Shown: one piece after another, positions 27,494-37,941 of the stretch | Position numbering within the stretch: position 1 is the stretch's first letter | Layout of the letters: each line of letters begins with the position of its first letter | UHGV virus genome: UHGV-0094207 | Length of the DNA stretch: 41,135 bases | Direction: 5' to 3' (one strand) | Source: a virus | Program-made: the position numbers and the translations under genes | The notes under the pieces: generated by a model | Databases searched by the model: none | What the model was told of the DNA's origin: nothing | The model's input: only the letters and a program-made list of their open reading frames with translations

Positions 27494-30400
27494 TGGCTGA
27501 CGTTGCCTCCCTTGCCGTCGGGCTGCATCTCAACGCAGCCAATTTTAAATCTCAGCTGATGGGTGCATACGGTGATGCTGAGAATTCCTCAAGGCGCTTC
27601 AATCGTAGCGCGCAGGAAGATGCAAAAAAGACCGATGAAGCCTATTCCCGAATGGGTAAAACCATCGCGGGAGTTGCCGGTCGTCTGGCGGGCTTTGCCG
27701 GTGCCGGGTTATCGCTCGGCGCGATCATCACGACTACGCGCGAATATGGACAGGCCCTGTCCGATCTGTCGGCTATCACTGGTGCCACCGGAGCCCAGTT
27801 AAAGACGCTTGATGAAGCTGCGCAGGAAATGGGGCGAAGCACTGAATACAGTGCGAGTCAGGCGGTGGAAGCCCTTAAGTTGATGGCATCCGCTAAGCCT
27901 GAACTTCTTCAGACCGCAGACGGGCTTACTGAGGCGACAAAGAGCGCGCTTACGCTTGCTCAGGCCGCAGGCTCAACTTTACCTGATGCAACCCGCACTC
28001 TTGCTCTTTCGCTTAACCAGTTCGGAGCGGGTGCTCAGGAGGCTGATCGCTACATCAACGTGCTGGCAGCCGGTGCCAAGTTCGGGGCTTCTGAAATTGC
28101 AGATACCGCCGCAGCTATCAAAAATGGAGGTGTGGCCGCTGCACAGGCAGGAGTCGGTTTTGAAACGCTGAATGCAGCAATTCAGGTTCTGGCCGAACGC
28201 GAAATCAAAGGCGGCGAAGCAGGCACGGCGCTTAGAAACGTGATCCTGGCGCTGGAGAAAGGTACCGACAAAACCCTGAAACCCTCGATTGTGGGGCTTA
28301 GCGGCGCGCTGGAGAATCTGTCGAAGAAAAACCTTTCCACTGCGCAGGCCGTGAAGCTCTTCGGCGTTGAGAACATCAACGCGGCTTCGGTGCTGGTGGA
28401 CAACCGCAGCAAACTTGATGCCCTGACACAGGCTCTCACCGGCACCCAGACGGCGCATGAGCAGGCCGCTATTCGCGTGAATAACCTGAATGGCGACATC
28501 ATGGGGCTGACCAGCGCCTTCGAAGGCATGATCATTAAAATTGGTCAAAGCAGTACCGGCCCACTGCGTTCAGGCATTCAGTCAGTAACCGATGGAATAA
28601 ACCTGCTCACCGATAATTTCAATGCTGTTGCAAGCGTAGCTTTGTACACATTGATCCCCGTTCTCTCGACAAAACTAACTGCAGGTCTTCGCGAAAACGT
28701 AAGCGCCTGGCAACAAAATCAGGCAGCCGTAAAAGCTGCGGCTGCTGCCCAGGCTGACGGTGCACGCAAAACGCTTGAAGCAACTGCCGCCACACTTAAG
28801 CGAAATGATGCCGAGTTTGGGTACTACCGCCAGATGGAGAAGATCGCCAGGCAACAAGGTCTGAACGTTAATTACCAGGGGGAGTTTAACCGGTTAATTC
28901 GAGAAGAAACCGAGCAAACGAATCTGGCAACCCGAGCGAAAATGCAGCTGGCTGCAGCAAATCGCCAGATCTCAGTATCTGCTCGGGCTGCCTCGGTTGC
29001 AGTTGGGCTTGCTCGTGGGGCTTTAGCTCTGGTTGGTGGGCCGTTCGGTGCTGCAATGCTGGCAGGTTCGGCGCTACTGTATTTTCATCAGCAGGCGAAG
29101 GACGCCCGGCAGTCAGCGATTAACCTTAAGGATGCTGTCATTGAGACTACTGCTGCGCTGATGCAGATGTCTGATAAACAGCTGGCCGTTAAGCAGATTG
29201 ACCTGCAGGACCAGTATGATAATCAGGTCACCCAGCGTAACCAGCTTATCAAGGAGATTCAGGACGCAGACAGCAGGCTTGATAGCCTCGGAGGTTTTGA
29301 CCCATTCCGACAGAAAAAAGGCGTAGAGGACAGTAAAAAACGAGCTGAAGCTGATCTCGAATCTGTGAATAAGGGGTTAGAAACAACACAGTCTAATCTT
29401 GAGAACGTCAGCAAGGCGCGCTTCTTGGTCCAGACAGGGATTGCAGATCAAGCCAAATCGCTCGCGAGTGACATCAAAACTATTACTGCGGAGACGGCTA
29501 AGGCCGGTGAGGGGGTTACTACTCCGTGGACCGGTGAAGATACTCAAAAGGCTAAGAAGGAAACTGTTAATCAGTACCTTCAGTTGCGCAGGGAAATCGA
29601 AGAAGCTCATGCAACCAGCCTTGGAAAAATTGATCTCCAGGAGAAAGCCAGTCAGGAAAAGCTAATCGCTGCGGCGCGTAAAAATGGGGCAAGCCAGCAG
29701 GACCTACAGCGTGCGCTGTTAATGAATGCTGATAATTACCAGAAGCAACGAGCTGAACTTGCCGAGCAGTACTCACCTGCGCGCTCGGCAATCAATCAGG
29801 AAAAGGAAGCCAGCCAGGATCTGAAATCGCTTCTTGATGCCCGCCTGCTCACTGAGAAGGAATACATGGCGGCGCGGGTGAAACTGTCACAGGAAACCTC
29901 CCGGCAAATTCTGCAGGCGCAGGCTGATGCTCTTTCGGCTCCGCGCATTGATCTTGGCGGTGATGTTGATCCGCTTGTTGCGATTCGCAATCAACTGGCG
30001 CAGCGACAATCGCTGTTGCAGGCGTATTACGCTGGTAATGCCATCAGTAAGAACCAGTACGAAATGCTGATGAAGCAAAGCAGTAAGGAATCTGCAGATG
30101 CACAGTATCAGACCGCGCTGGAATTATATCGCTCACAGAGTGACTTCAATAATCTGGCTATCGGCCTGGTTGAGGCTACTCGTGAGCGTACCACTAATGT
30201 CCTGACGGGGCTGCTGACTAAAACGCAGACCTTTAAAGAGGGCATGATCAACCTGTTCTCCACGCTCACTCAGTCGATAATTCAAAACCTCGTCGATATG
30301 GCAGCCCAGGCGTTGCTAACCAATACGATTCTGAGCTCCATCATGAGCGTAGGTTCGAGTGTATTTGGGGCTGTTGGTAGCAGCGCGGCAGCCAGTTCAG

Positions 30401-30822
30401 GAACAGCCATTGCCGACTATGGCAGCAACTTCCAGTTCAACGCTAAAGGCGGTGTTTATTCCTCATCAGATTTGAGCGCTTACAGCGGTCAGGTCGTCGA
30501 TAACCCTACATTCTTCGCTTTCGCAAAAGGTGCCGGGGTAATGGGGGAGGCTGGTCCAGAGGCAATCATGCCGCTAACCCGAGCCGCGGATGGGTCGCTT
30601 GGTGTGCGTGCTGTAAATAGTGGTGCAGCGGGAGGTGACACGGCACCGAAGGTTTATATCACCATCGATTCAAGCGGAAACACATCGACACAGGCACCTG
30701 CAGGGCTGGAACAATTCGGTTCTGATGTAGGCCGATACGTCGATCAGCGATACAAGCAGAATGTGATGCGTGATATCCGTCCTGGCGGCGACATCTGGAA
30801 CGCAATGAAAGGAACCCGATAA
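27493..30822 (+). CDS. Tail tape measure protein
   Basis: About 1,100 aa, largely coiled coil; start at the ATG coupled to the G-T stop (the ORF-track start 27463 is an in-frame upstream alternative). Confidence 0.85.
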   Translation: MADVASLAVGLHLNAANFKSQLMGAYGDAENSSRRFNRSAQEDAKKTDEAYSRMGKTIAGVAGRLAGFAGAGLSLGAIITTTREYGQALSDLSAITGATGAQLKTLDEAAQEMGRSTEYSASQAVEALKLMASAKPELLQTADGLTEATKSALTLAQAAGSTLPDATRTLALSLNQFGAGAQEADRYINVLAAGAKFGASEIADTAAAIKNGGVAAAQAGVGFETLNAAIQVLAEREIKGGEAGTALRNVILALEKGTDKTLKPSIVGLSGALENLSKKNLSTAQAVKLFGVENINAASVLVDNRSKLDALTQALTGTQTAHEQAAIRVNNLNGDIMGLTSAFEGMIIKIGQSSTGPLRSGIQSVTDGINLLTDNFNAVASVALYTLIPVLSTKLTAGLRENVSAWQQNQAAVKAAAAAQADGARKTLEATAATLKRNDAEFGYYRQMEKIARQQGLNVNYQGEFNRLIREETEQTNLATRAKMQLAAANRQISVSARAASVAVGLARGALALVGGPFGAAMLAGSALLYFHQQAKDARQSAINLKDAVIETTAALMQMSDKQLAVKQIDLQDQYDNQVTQRNQLIKEIQDADSRLDSLGGFDPFRQKKGVEDSKKRAEADLESVNKGLETTQSNLENVSKARFLVQTGIADQAKSLASDIKTITAETAKAGEGVTTPWTGEDTQKAKKETVNQYLQLRREIEEAHATSLGKIDLQEKASQEKLIAAARKNGASQQDLQRALLMNADNYQKQRAELAEQYSPARSAINQEKEASQDLKSLLDARLLTEKEYMAARVKLSQETSRQILQAQADALSAPRIDLGGDVDPLVAIRNQLAQRQSLLQAYYAGNAISKNQYEMLMKQSSKESADAQYQTALELYRSQSDFNNLAIGLVEATRERTTNVLTGLLTKTQTFKEGMINLFSTLTQSIIQNLVDMAAQALLTNTILSSIMSVGSSVFGAVGSSAAASSGTAIADYGSNFQFNAKGGVYSSSDLSAYSGQVVDNPTFFAFAKGAGVMGEAGPEAIMPLTRAADGSLGVRAVNSGAAGGDTAPKVYITIDSSGNTSTQAPAGLEQFGSDVGRYVDQRYKQNVMRDIRPGGDIWNAMKGTR

Positions 30823-30824
30823 GC

Positions 30825-31163
30825 ATGGCTATCGAAACTTTTACCTGGAGCCCCAGAGTCAGCCCGACGCAAACCGTCTCATTCAGAACGAGAAGCGCCA
30901 GGTTTGGGGATGGTTACGAGCAGATTTCTGGCGACGGACTCAATCCGCGCAGCCAGCAATGGGATCTGAATTTTGTTGGTACGGAAGAATATATTCAGGC
31001 GATCAAAACCTTTCTTGACAGGCATGGAGGAACAAAATCGTTCCAGTGGAAGCCGCCGCTTGAGCCGCTTGGTTTATATCGTTGCGCCGAGTATAAACCC
31101 ACTCCGATGGGAGGTGAGAACTATTCCCTTTCCGCAACTTTCCAGCAGGCATTTAAACCATGA
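30825..31163 (+). CDS. Minor tail protein M
   Basis: 112 aa; 'RFGDGYEQ...HGGTKSFQWKPP' parallels lambda gpM. Confidence 0.8.
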   Translation: MAIETFTWSPRVSPTQTVSFRTRSARFGDGYEQISGDGLNPRSQQWDLNFVGTEEYIQAIKTFLDRHGGTKSFQWKPPLEPLGLYRCAEYKPTPMGGENYSLSATFQQAFKP

Positions 31164-31915
31164 GTCTGAACGCTGATTATCAAAAGCTCGAGCCCGGCGA
31201 TGAAGTCAGGCTTTACGAGGTCGACGGAACGGCCTTTGGTACAGGGGAGGTGCTGCGATTTCACAGCTACAGCCTGGCACATACTGAAGCGGCAATTACT
31301 GCCGCCGGAGGTGATGAAAATAAACTGCCTGCAAAATCGATCTGGTGGCAGGGCGAGGAGTATAAAGCCTGGCCCTGCCAGATTGAGGGGATCGAGGCAT
31401 CTACCAATGGAAGCGGCGCGCAGCCAAAATTATCGGTAGCTAACCTTGATAGCTCCATAACGGCACTTTGTCTGGCTTATGACGATATGCTGCAGGCGAA
31501 GGTGACCATTCATGACACGCTGGGCAAATATCTTGATGCAAATAACTTTGTCGATGGCAACCCCACAGCAGATCCGACTCAGGAAAAGCTGAAGGTTTTC
31601 TACATCGATGCAAAGAGTGGTGAAACCAACGAAGTGGTTGAGTTCACACTCTCCAGCCCGATGGACCTGCAGGGATTAATGATCCCTACCCGGCAACTTC
31701 ATTCGCTATGCACCTGGTGCATTCGTAATAAATACCGCACCGGCGACGGCTGTGACTATGCCGGCACCCGCTATTTCGACAAAAACAACAACCCGGTAAG
31801 CGATCCGTCGTTGGATGAATGCAACGGCACGCTGACGGCCTGCAAACTCCGATTCGGCGAAAATAACGAGCTTTCGCATGGTGGTTTCCCCGGAACATCT
31901 TTGATCAGGAGCTGA
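31160..31915 (+). CDS. Minor tail protein L
   Basis: 251 aa; C-terminal Cys cluster 'CTWCIRNKYRTGDGCDYAG...CNGTLTACKLRFG' as in lambda gpL. Confidence 0.8.
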   Translation: MSLNADYQKLEPGDEVRLYEVDGTAFGTGEVLRFHSYSLAHTEAAITAAGGDENKLPAKSIWWQGEEYKAWPCQIEGIEASTNGSGAQPKLSVANLDSSITALCLAYDDMLQAKVTIHDTLGKYLDANNFVDGNPTADPTQEKLKVFYIDAKSGETNEVVEFTLSSPMDLQGLMIPTRQLHSLCTWCIRNKYRTGDGCDYAGTRYFDKNNNPVSDPSLDECNGTLTACKLRFGENNELSHGGFPGTSLIRS

Positions 31916-31916
31916 T

Positions 31917-32627
31917 ATGCGTCAGAAAACCATCGATGCGATTATGGCGCATGCTGCAGCAGAATATCCTCGTGAGTGTTGCGGCGTGGTGGCGCAGAAA
32001 AGCCGTGTTGAACGTTATTTTCCGTGCCGGAATCTTGCCGCGGCGCCGGAGGACAATTTTGTCCTTTGCCCCGAGGACTATGCAACTGCTGAGGACTGGG
32101 GAACGGTGATCGCCATCGCTCACAGTCACCCTGATGCCACGACGCAACCGAGCGAACTGGATAAAGCGCAATGCGATGCGACGCTTTTACCCTGGCATAT
32201 CGTGAGCTGGCCGGAGGGGGATTTACGTACCATCCAGCCGCGTGGAGAACTGCCGCTGCTGGAGCGTCCGTTTGTGCTTGGTCACTTCGACTGCTGGGGG
32301 CTGGTAATGAGCTATTTCCGGCAAACTCATGGTATCGAGCTCCATGATTACCGGGTGGATTATCCCTGGTGGGAAAACGACTATCCGGACAACTTCTATC
32401 AGGATTGCTGGTATGAGTGCGGATTCCGTGAATTCGACGGGCCACCGAAACCAGGGGATATGGTGATCATGCAGGTCCAGGCTGATAAGTGGAACCACGC
32501 GGGAATCCTGCTGGAGGGTAATATGTTGCTACACCACCTGTACGGTCATCTGAGTCAGCGCGTGCCGTATGGCGGTTACTGGCAAGAAAGAACGATGAAG
32601 ATTCTACGTTATAAATCTCTGTGCTAA
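31917..32627 (+). CDS. Tail assembly protein K (JAB/MPN plus NlpC/P60)
   Basis: 236 aa; 'ECCGVV...IAHSHPD' JAMM-like motif and 'HFDCWGLV' NlpC/P60-like Cys. Confidence 0.8.
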   Translation: MRQKTIDAIMAHAAAEYPRECCGVVAQKSRVERYFPCRNLAAAPEDNFVLCPEDYATAEDWGTVIAIAHSHPDATTQPSELDKAQCDATLLPWHIVSWPEGDLRTIQPRGELPLLERPFVLGHFDCWGLVMSYFRQTHGIELHDYRVDYPWWENDYPDNFYQDCWYECGFREFDGPPKPGDMVIMQVQADKWNHAGILLEGNMLLHHLYGHLSQRVPYGGYWQERTMKILRYKSLC

Positions 32628-32655
32628 CCTTTGCTCAAAACAAAGGAGCGAAACC

Positions 32656-33006
32656 ATGAAATTTGTATTAAGTCTATTGTTATTATCGACATTATTTAAT
32701 TCATACGCAGGAACTGTAGACGATTATCTTGAACGTCATTCTGAAATAAAATCAAATTCTGTTGCTGAAACTTATGTGAGCCATTACGCCTTTATGATTG
32801 CGATGATGGAAGCACAACAGAAGCATAATAGATCTGATAATGAGTTTATCACTGGATTACTTTCAAATAATGGTGATGTATATGCAAGATTAGCAGTTAG
32901 AAAACTTGCCAATGATTGTTTAACGCAAAGGGATATTGGTCAGTCCGGAGAGTTAAATAATAAAGAATGTAATATTGTGATTAGAGCAAATAAATCACAA
33001 CAATAG
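32656..33006 (+). CDS. Hypothetical secreted protein (AT-rich moron between K and I)
   Basis: 116 aa; signal peptide 'MKFVLSLLLLSTLFNSYAG'; strongly AT-rich relative to neighbours. Confidence 0.5.
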   Translation: MKFVLSLLLLSTLFNSYAGTVDDYLERHSEIKSNSVAETYVSHYAFMIAMMEAQQKHNRSDNEFITGLLSNNGDVYARLAVRKLANDCLTQRDIGQSGELNNKECNIVIRANKSQQ

Positions 33007-33010
33007 CCAA

Positions 33011-33619
33011 TTGAAAGTCGAGGGTACGATGCAAGAGGTAATGACGCGAATTGAACTAGGTGGAGAGCCGGGTAAGATCTTTGGAAAGATACACCATCGC
33101 CTTATCAATAAAGTATCAGAAGCTGGAACGGCCCTCGCTAAAACTATCCCCGGCTTTGAAAGTTATATGATTAGCAGTAAAAGCCGTGGGCTAACATTTG
33201 CCATCTTCAAAGGTAAAAAGAATATTGGAGTTGACGACCTTGGCTTTCCCGTTACAGGTGAAGTAATCAGAATTGTGCCTGTAATCATTGGGGGCAAAAA
33301 AGCCGGGGTGCTGCAAACAGTTTTAGGTGCCGTGTTGGTTGCCGCTGGTGCCGTGCTTAGCTTCACCCCATGGGCTGCAGCCTCACCATTTTTATATAAA
33401 TTTGGTGCTGCAATGATGCTAGGCGGAGTTGTACAGATGCTTTCTCCACAGCCATCTGGCATAGCCAGCAAACAAAGTGCAGATAACCGTGCATCCTACG
33501 CATTCGGTGGAGTTACGAACACCGCAGCTCAGGGTTACCCGGTCCCGCTTCTTTATGGTCGTCGGCGAATCGGCGGAGCGATTATTTCTGCCGGAATTTA
33601 TGTCGAAGATCAGCAGTAG
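33011..33619 (+). CDS. Tail assembly protein I
   Basis: 202 aa between K and J; 'MQEVMTR' at 33029 is an alternative start. Confidence 0.75.
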   Translation: MKVEGTMQEVMTRIELGGEPGKIFGKIHHRLINKVSEAGTALAKTIPGFESYMISSKSRGLTFAIFKGKKNIGVDDLGFPVTGEVIRIVPVIIGGKKAGVLQTVLGAVLVAAGAVLSFTPWAAASPFLYKFGAAMMLGGVVQMLSPQPSGIASKQSADNRASYAFGGVTNTAAQGYPVPLLYGRRRIGGAIISAGIYVEDQQ

Positions 33620-33637
33620 ATAACACACCTTTTTCAG

Positions 33638-33660
33638 GCCACCTTCGGGTGGCTTTTTTT
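33638..33660 (+). terminator. Terminator-like hairpin between I and J
   Basis: gccacc-ttcg-ggtggc hairpin followed by seven T, 11 nt before the J start. Confidence 0.6.
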
Positions 33661-33671
33661 ATGGGCGCAAT

Positions 33672-36600
33672 ATGGCTAAAGAAAAAGTGTTAAAGGGCCG
33701 CAAGGGCGGCAGCTCCAGTTCCAGAACCCCTACCGAACAGCCTGATGATCTGCAATCTGTAGCGAAAGCCAAAATCCTCGTTGCGCTTGGCGAAGGTGAA
33801 TTTGCAGGACAATTAACCGGCAAAGATATCTACCTGGACGGAACGGCGCTGGAGAACGCCGATGGCTCCCAAAACTTCAGCGGCGTGACGTGGGAGTTTC
33901 GCGCGGGAACGCAGGCGCAAAAGTATATTCAGGGTATTCCCGGTACCGAAAACGAAATCAGCGTGGGAACTGAGGTATCAAGCGCCACAGCCTGGACGCG
34001 AACGTTTACCAATACGCAGCTTTCGGCAGTTCGCCTGCGTCTGAAATGGCCATCGCTTTTCAAACAGGAGGACGACGGTGATCTGGTCGGTTACTCGGTC
34101 AATTATGCGATTGACCTGCAGACGGGCGGCGGCGCATGGCAGACGGTACTCAATACCAGCGTGACCGGAAAAACAACGTCTGGTTACGAGCGCAGCCACC
34201 GTATTGATTTACCGCAGGTTGGAAGCACCTGGACAATCCGCCTGCGTAAGATAACCTCTGACGCCAACAGCGCGAAGATCGGCGACACGATGACGCTGCA
34301 GAGCTTCACTGAGGTGATTGACGCCAAGTTACGCTATCCAAACACAGCGTTACTCTACATCGAATTCGATTCCAGCCAGTTTAACGGTTCTATCCCGCAG
34401 ATCTCCTGCGAGCCCCGCGGTCGTGTTATCCGCGTTCCAGATACCTACGACCCTGAAACCCGTATTTATAGCGGTACATGGACCGGTGCGTTTAAGTGGG
34501 CATGGACGGATAACCCTGCGTGGATTTTTTACGATCTGGTTGTTTCTGACCGGTTCGGCCTCGGTCACCGTTTGACTGCCGCTAACATCGATAAATGGAC
34601 GCTTTATCAGGTTGCCCAGTATTGTGATCAGATGGTGCTAGACGGCAAAGGGGGCAACGGTACCGAACCACGTTATACCTGCAACGTGTACATTCAGGAC
34701 CGAAACGACGCTTACACAGTCCTGCGTGATTTTGCTGCTATCTTCCGTGGCATGACCTACTGGGGCGGTGATCAGATTGTTGCGCTTGCCGATATGCCGA
34801 GAGATGTGGATTACGCTTACACCCGCGCTAACGTTATCGACGGACGCTTTACCTATTCCAGCAGCACGACAAAAACGCGGTATACCACGGCGCTGGTTTC
34901 CTGGTCTGATCCGGGTAACGCCTATGCAGATGCGATGGAGCCGGTGTTTGAGCAGCCTCTGGTGGCCCGGTACGGATTTAATCAGCTGGAAATGACAGCC
35001 ATCGGCTGTACCAGGCAATCAGAAGCGAACCGAAAGGGGCGCTGGGGTATTCTCACCAACAACAAGGATCGCGTTGTTTCGTTTGATGTTGGCCTGGACG
35101 GAAACATTCCGCAGCCGGGATACATCATCGCCGTGTCAGACGAGCTTCTGTCCGGCAAAGTTATGGGCGGCCGCATCAGTGCTGTTAACGGTCGCGTGAT
35201 TAAACTTGACCGCGTAGCTGATGCAGCAGCAGGCGATCGCCTTATTCTCAATCTTCCCTCCGGTGCGTCACAGAGCAGGACTATTCAGGCGGTTAACGGG
35301 GAATCAGTCACAGTCACCACGGCATACAGTGAGACACCACAGGCCGAAGCTGTATGGGTGGTTGAGTCAGATGAACTCTACGCCCAGCAGTATCGTGTTG
35401 TCAGTGTCTCCGATAACAATGATGGTACCTTCTCGATTACTGGCGCATGGCACGATCCGGATAAATATGCCCGTATTGATACCGGAGCCATCATTGACCA
35501 GCGGCCGGTGAGTGTGATCCCGCCGGGTAACCAGTCGCCGCCTGCGAACATCGTGATCAGCTCCTTTTCAGTGGTGCAGCAGAATATTAGCGTCGAAACG
35601 ATGCGCGTGAGCTGGGACCAGGCGCAGAACGCTATCGCCTATGAAGCGCAATGGCGCCGCAACGACGGGAACTGGGTTAACGTGCCGCGCAGCTCCACCA
35701 CGTCATTTGATGTATCGGGTATTTATGCCGGGCGCTACCTCGTGCGTGTGCGCGCTATTAATGCCTCTGAAATTTCCTCTGGCTGGGGCTACTCCGAAGA
35801 GAAAACGCTGACGGGCAAGGTGGGAAATCCGCCGAAACCTGTCGGCTTTGCGACAACGCCGATCAACTGGGGGATTCGCCTGAACTGGGGATTCCCGGCT
35901 AATACCGGGGACACGCTGAAAACGGAAATTCAGTACACCGCGAACAGTGATTTCTCAAATCCCCTTTTGTTGTCGGATGTGCCTTATCCGTCTGCCGAAT
36001 ACACCCAACTGGGTTTGAAGGCTGGTCAGGAGTTCTGGTACCGCGCGCAGCTGGTAGACAGAACGGGTAATGAATCAGGGTGGACCGACTGGGTTCGTGG
36101 TGAATCTAATGCGAATGCTGACGACTACCTGGGCGATATTGCTGATGACTTCCTGACATCTGCCGACGGTGACCGCCTGACCGGCGACATTGATACCAAT
36201 CTTGAAGCCGCATTGCAGAACGCGCTGGCCAACCATGCAACCGTGGAACACCAGTGGGCGCAGTACGGCGAGGTACGCGCGGATATTCTGGTGGTTAAAA
36301 CGACCATTGCGCAGGTCGATAAGGCCATGGCTGAAATGTCGACGCAGGTGCAGGCGCAGTTCAATGATGTGACTGCTGCGCTGGAAGATAAGCTCACCGC
36401 CGTGGTTGATGCGACCGGGGCATCTGCAATTTACACCCTTAAAACCGGAGTTCGAATAAACGGTGTGATGTATAACGCCGGGATGTCGATCGCGGTGCTG
36501 GCCGAAGCGGGTAAGCCAGTGGTCACTCGTGTCGGGTTTAACGCAAACCAGTTCGTCCTGATGAGTGGCAGCGGTGATACGCAATATTCACCCTTTGCTG

Positions 36601-36848
36601 TTGTTAATGGTCAGGTGTTTATCAGCGATGCGTTTATTCAGAATGGAAGTATAACAAGCGCCAAAATTGCTAACGCCGCAATCAACAATGCGAAAATCTC
36701 AGGTTCTATCTGGTCAGAAGGTTACAAAGTTGCAAATCAGGGGGGGTGGTGTCTTTCTAAAGCCGACAACAATCTTTCCTTTACGGGGCCGGAAGGTCGT
36801 GTGCTTGTGCAGATTGGTAAACTAACAGGAGTGGCTCCCAATGTCTGA
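33672..36848 (+). CDS. Host specificity / tail tip protein J
   Basis: 1,058 aa; 'RVIRVPDTYDPETRIYSGTWTGAFK' parallels the lambda gpJ segment 'RILQVPSNYNPQTRQYSGIWDGTFK'. Confidence 0.9.
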   Translation: MAKEKVLKGRKGGSSSSRTPTEQPDDLQSVAKAKILVALGEGEFAGQLTGKDIYLDGTALENADGSQNFSGVTWEFRAGTQAQKYIQGIPGTENEISVGTEVSSATAWTRTFTNTQLSAVRLRLKWPSLFKQEDDGDLVGYSVNYAIDLQTGGGAWQTVLNTSVTGKTTSGYERSHRIDLPQVGSTWTIRLRKITSDANSAKIGDTMTLQSFTEVIDAKLRYPNTALLYIEFDSSQFNGSIPQISCEPRGRVIRVPDTYDPETRIYSGTWTGAFKWAWTDNPAWIFYDLVVSDRFGLGHRLTAANIDKWTLYQVAQYCDQMVLDGKGGNGTEPRYTCNVYIQDRNDAYTVLRDFAAIFRGMTYWGGDQIVALADMPRDVDYAYTRANVIDGRFTYSSSTTKTRYTTALVSWSDPGNAYADAMEPVFEQPLVARYGFNQLEMTAIGCTRQSEANRKGRWGILTNNKDRVVSFDVGLDGNIPQPGYIIAVSDELLSGKVMGGRISAVNGRVIKLDRVADAAAGDRLILNLPSGASQSRTIQAVNGESVTVTTAYSETPQAEAVWVVESDELYAQQYRVVSVSDNNDGTFSITGAWHDPDKYARIDTGAIIDQRPVSVIPPGNQSPPANIVISSFSVVQQNISVETMRVSWDQAQNAIAYEAQWRRNDGNWVNVPRSSTTSFDVSGIYAGRYLVRVRAINASEISSGWGYSEEKTLTGKVGNPPKPVGFATTPINWGIRLNWGFPANTGDTLKTEIQYTANSDFSNPLLLSDVPYPSAEYTQLGLKAGQEFWYRAQLVDRTGNESGWTDWVRGESNANADDYLGDIADDFLTSADGDRLTGDIDTNLEAALQNALANHATVEHQWAQYGEVRADILVVKTTIAQVDKAMAEMSTQVQAQFNDVTAALEDKLTAVVDATGASAIYTLKTGVRINGVMYNAGMSIAVLAEAGKPVVTRVGFNANQFVLMSGSGDTQYSPFAVVNGQVFISDAFIQNGSITSAKIANAAINNAKISGSIWSEGYKVANQGGWCLSKADNNLSFTGPEGRVLVQIGKLTGVAPNV

Positions 36849-37158
36849 TTTTGGATTTGCCTCATGGGACACTAACGGCGTCCCGAATAACTATGGCATT
36901 AAACCTGTAACCGTGGTGGGTATCATCGATCTTGCTTTAGGTCAGAAAACGGGAAGCTACCAGTTCAGTCTGGAGCCTGGTTTAAAGGTTGGTTTTGCGG
37001 TTGGTACTCTGGAGGATAAAGGGACAATAAGTTATACAGACAAAAGAAGCATTATTGCATCTGGAAACACCATAACAATACAGCCTTCAGGTAGTGATGG
37101 GATTAATGATTACCCGGCAGTCAAAGTGCAGTTAATCGTTTTTGCGGAGACTGCGTAG
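36841..37158 (+). CDS. Hypothetical protein downstream of J
   Basis: 105 aa; 8-nt overlap with J; lower GC than J. Confidence 0.4.
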   Translation: MSDFGFASWDTNGVPNNYGIKPVTVVGIIDLALGQKTGSYQFSLEPGLKVGFAVGTLEDKGTISYTDKRSIIASGNTITIQPSGSDGINDYPAVKVQLIVFAETA

Positions 37159-37833
37159 ATGGCTAAATATGGCGCATTGATTTCATTACCTAACGGGAAC
37201 CCTTTTATCACGCCTGATTCCACACCAATGACGCTTTACCGGAAAGTCACTGTAAACTCAACTTTTGGAGGGGATTTTAACAGTGCTTCGGCGTCCGTGA
37301 CTGTCGACGGTCAGAAGGGAGGGATTGCATTTGCACGAACCAGCGCCCCGGCGAAGATATCAGCTTCAAAAAGTGGCAACACGTTCAGTGTTGATGCGTC
37401 TAATTACAGAGGTTCGGCTTTCGTGCTGGAGGCGTATTTTTTTGCTATATATCCGCTCACCCTTCCTGCCTGGGGTGTGGCTATATGGGATGCCGAAGGG
37501 ACACTGGTACTTACGAATGAGTCCCGGGTATTAAGCGACCTTACAACTATAGGCTCACCCGGCGCTGCAACGGGTGGGCTTAACATCGATACATACATGG
37601 CAGGCAAATGGGCCGTAAATCCGATGGGGCTGGGGTCTGTTCTTCTGCATGCTGGTTCAGCACCTGGCGGACAACCAATAATCCAGCCTGTGGATGTGGG
37701 AACGGGGTGCTTCAATGAAGGTGTAGGAACAAGAATAAAAGGACTTTCATCAACAACAGCAAGTGGTTCTTCAGTCGGAACGACGAATAGCGGGATTGTA
37801 ATAACGGCGATAAACACAGCCGCATATGATTAA
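37159..37833 (+). CDS. Hypothetical protein downstream of J
   Basis: 224 aa, Gly/Ser/Thr/Ala-rich; contiguous with the preceding ORF. Confidence 0.4.
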   Translation: MAKYGALISLPNGNPFITPDSTPMTLYRKVTVNSTFGGDFNSASASVTVDGQKGGIAFARTSAPAKISASKSGNTFSVDASNYRGSAFVLEAYFFAIYPLTLPAWGVAIWDAEGTLVLTNESRVLSDLTTIGSPGAATGGLNIDTYMAGKWAVNPMGLGSVLLHAGSAPGGQPIIQPVDVGTGCFNEGVGTRIKGLSSTTASGSSVGTTNSGIVITAINTAAYD

Positions 37834-37941
37834 ACCGATCGATTTAAACGATCAATTTAAGAATATTGATCTATTAAAACTATTTTTATTATTCAATGCC
37901 ATTGGTTATTTTTTGTTTAAATAATTAACTCTGGTGTCGAA

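Noticed and set aside
31942-32445. 167-aa minus-strand ORF inside tail gene K
   Set aside because: Antisense to a gene with clear JAB and NlpC/P60 motifs; no independent support.
36075-36584. 169-aa minus-strand ORF inside J
   Set aside because: Antisense to the J coding sequence; His/Arg-rich translation typical of a shadow frame.
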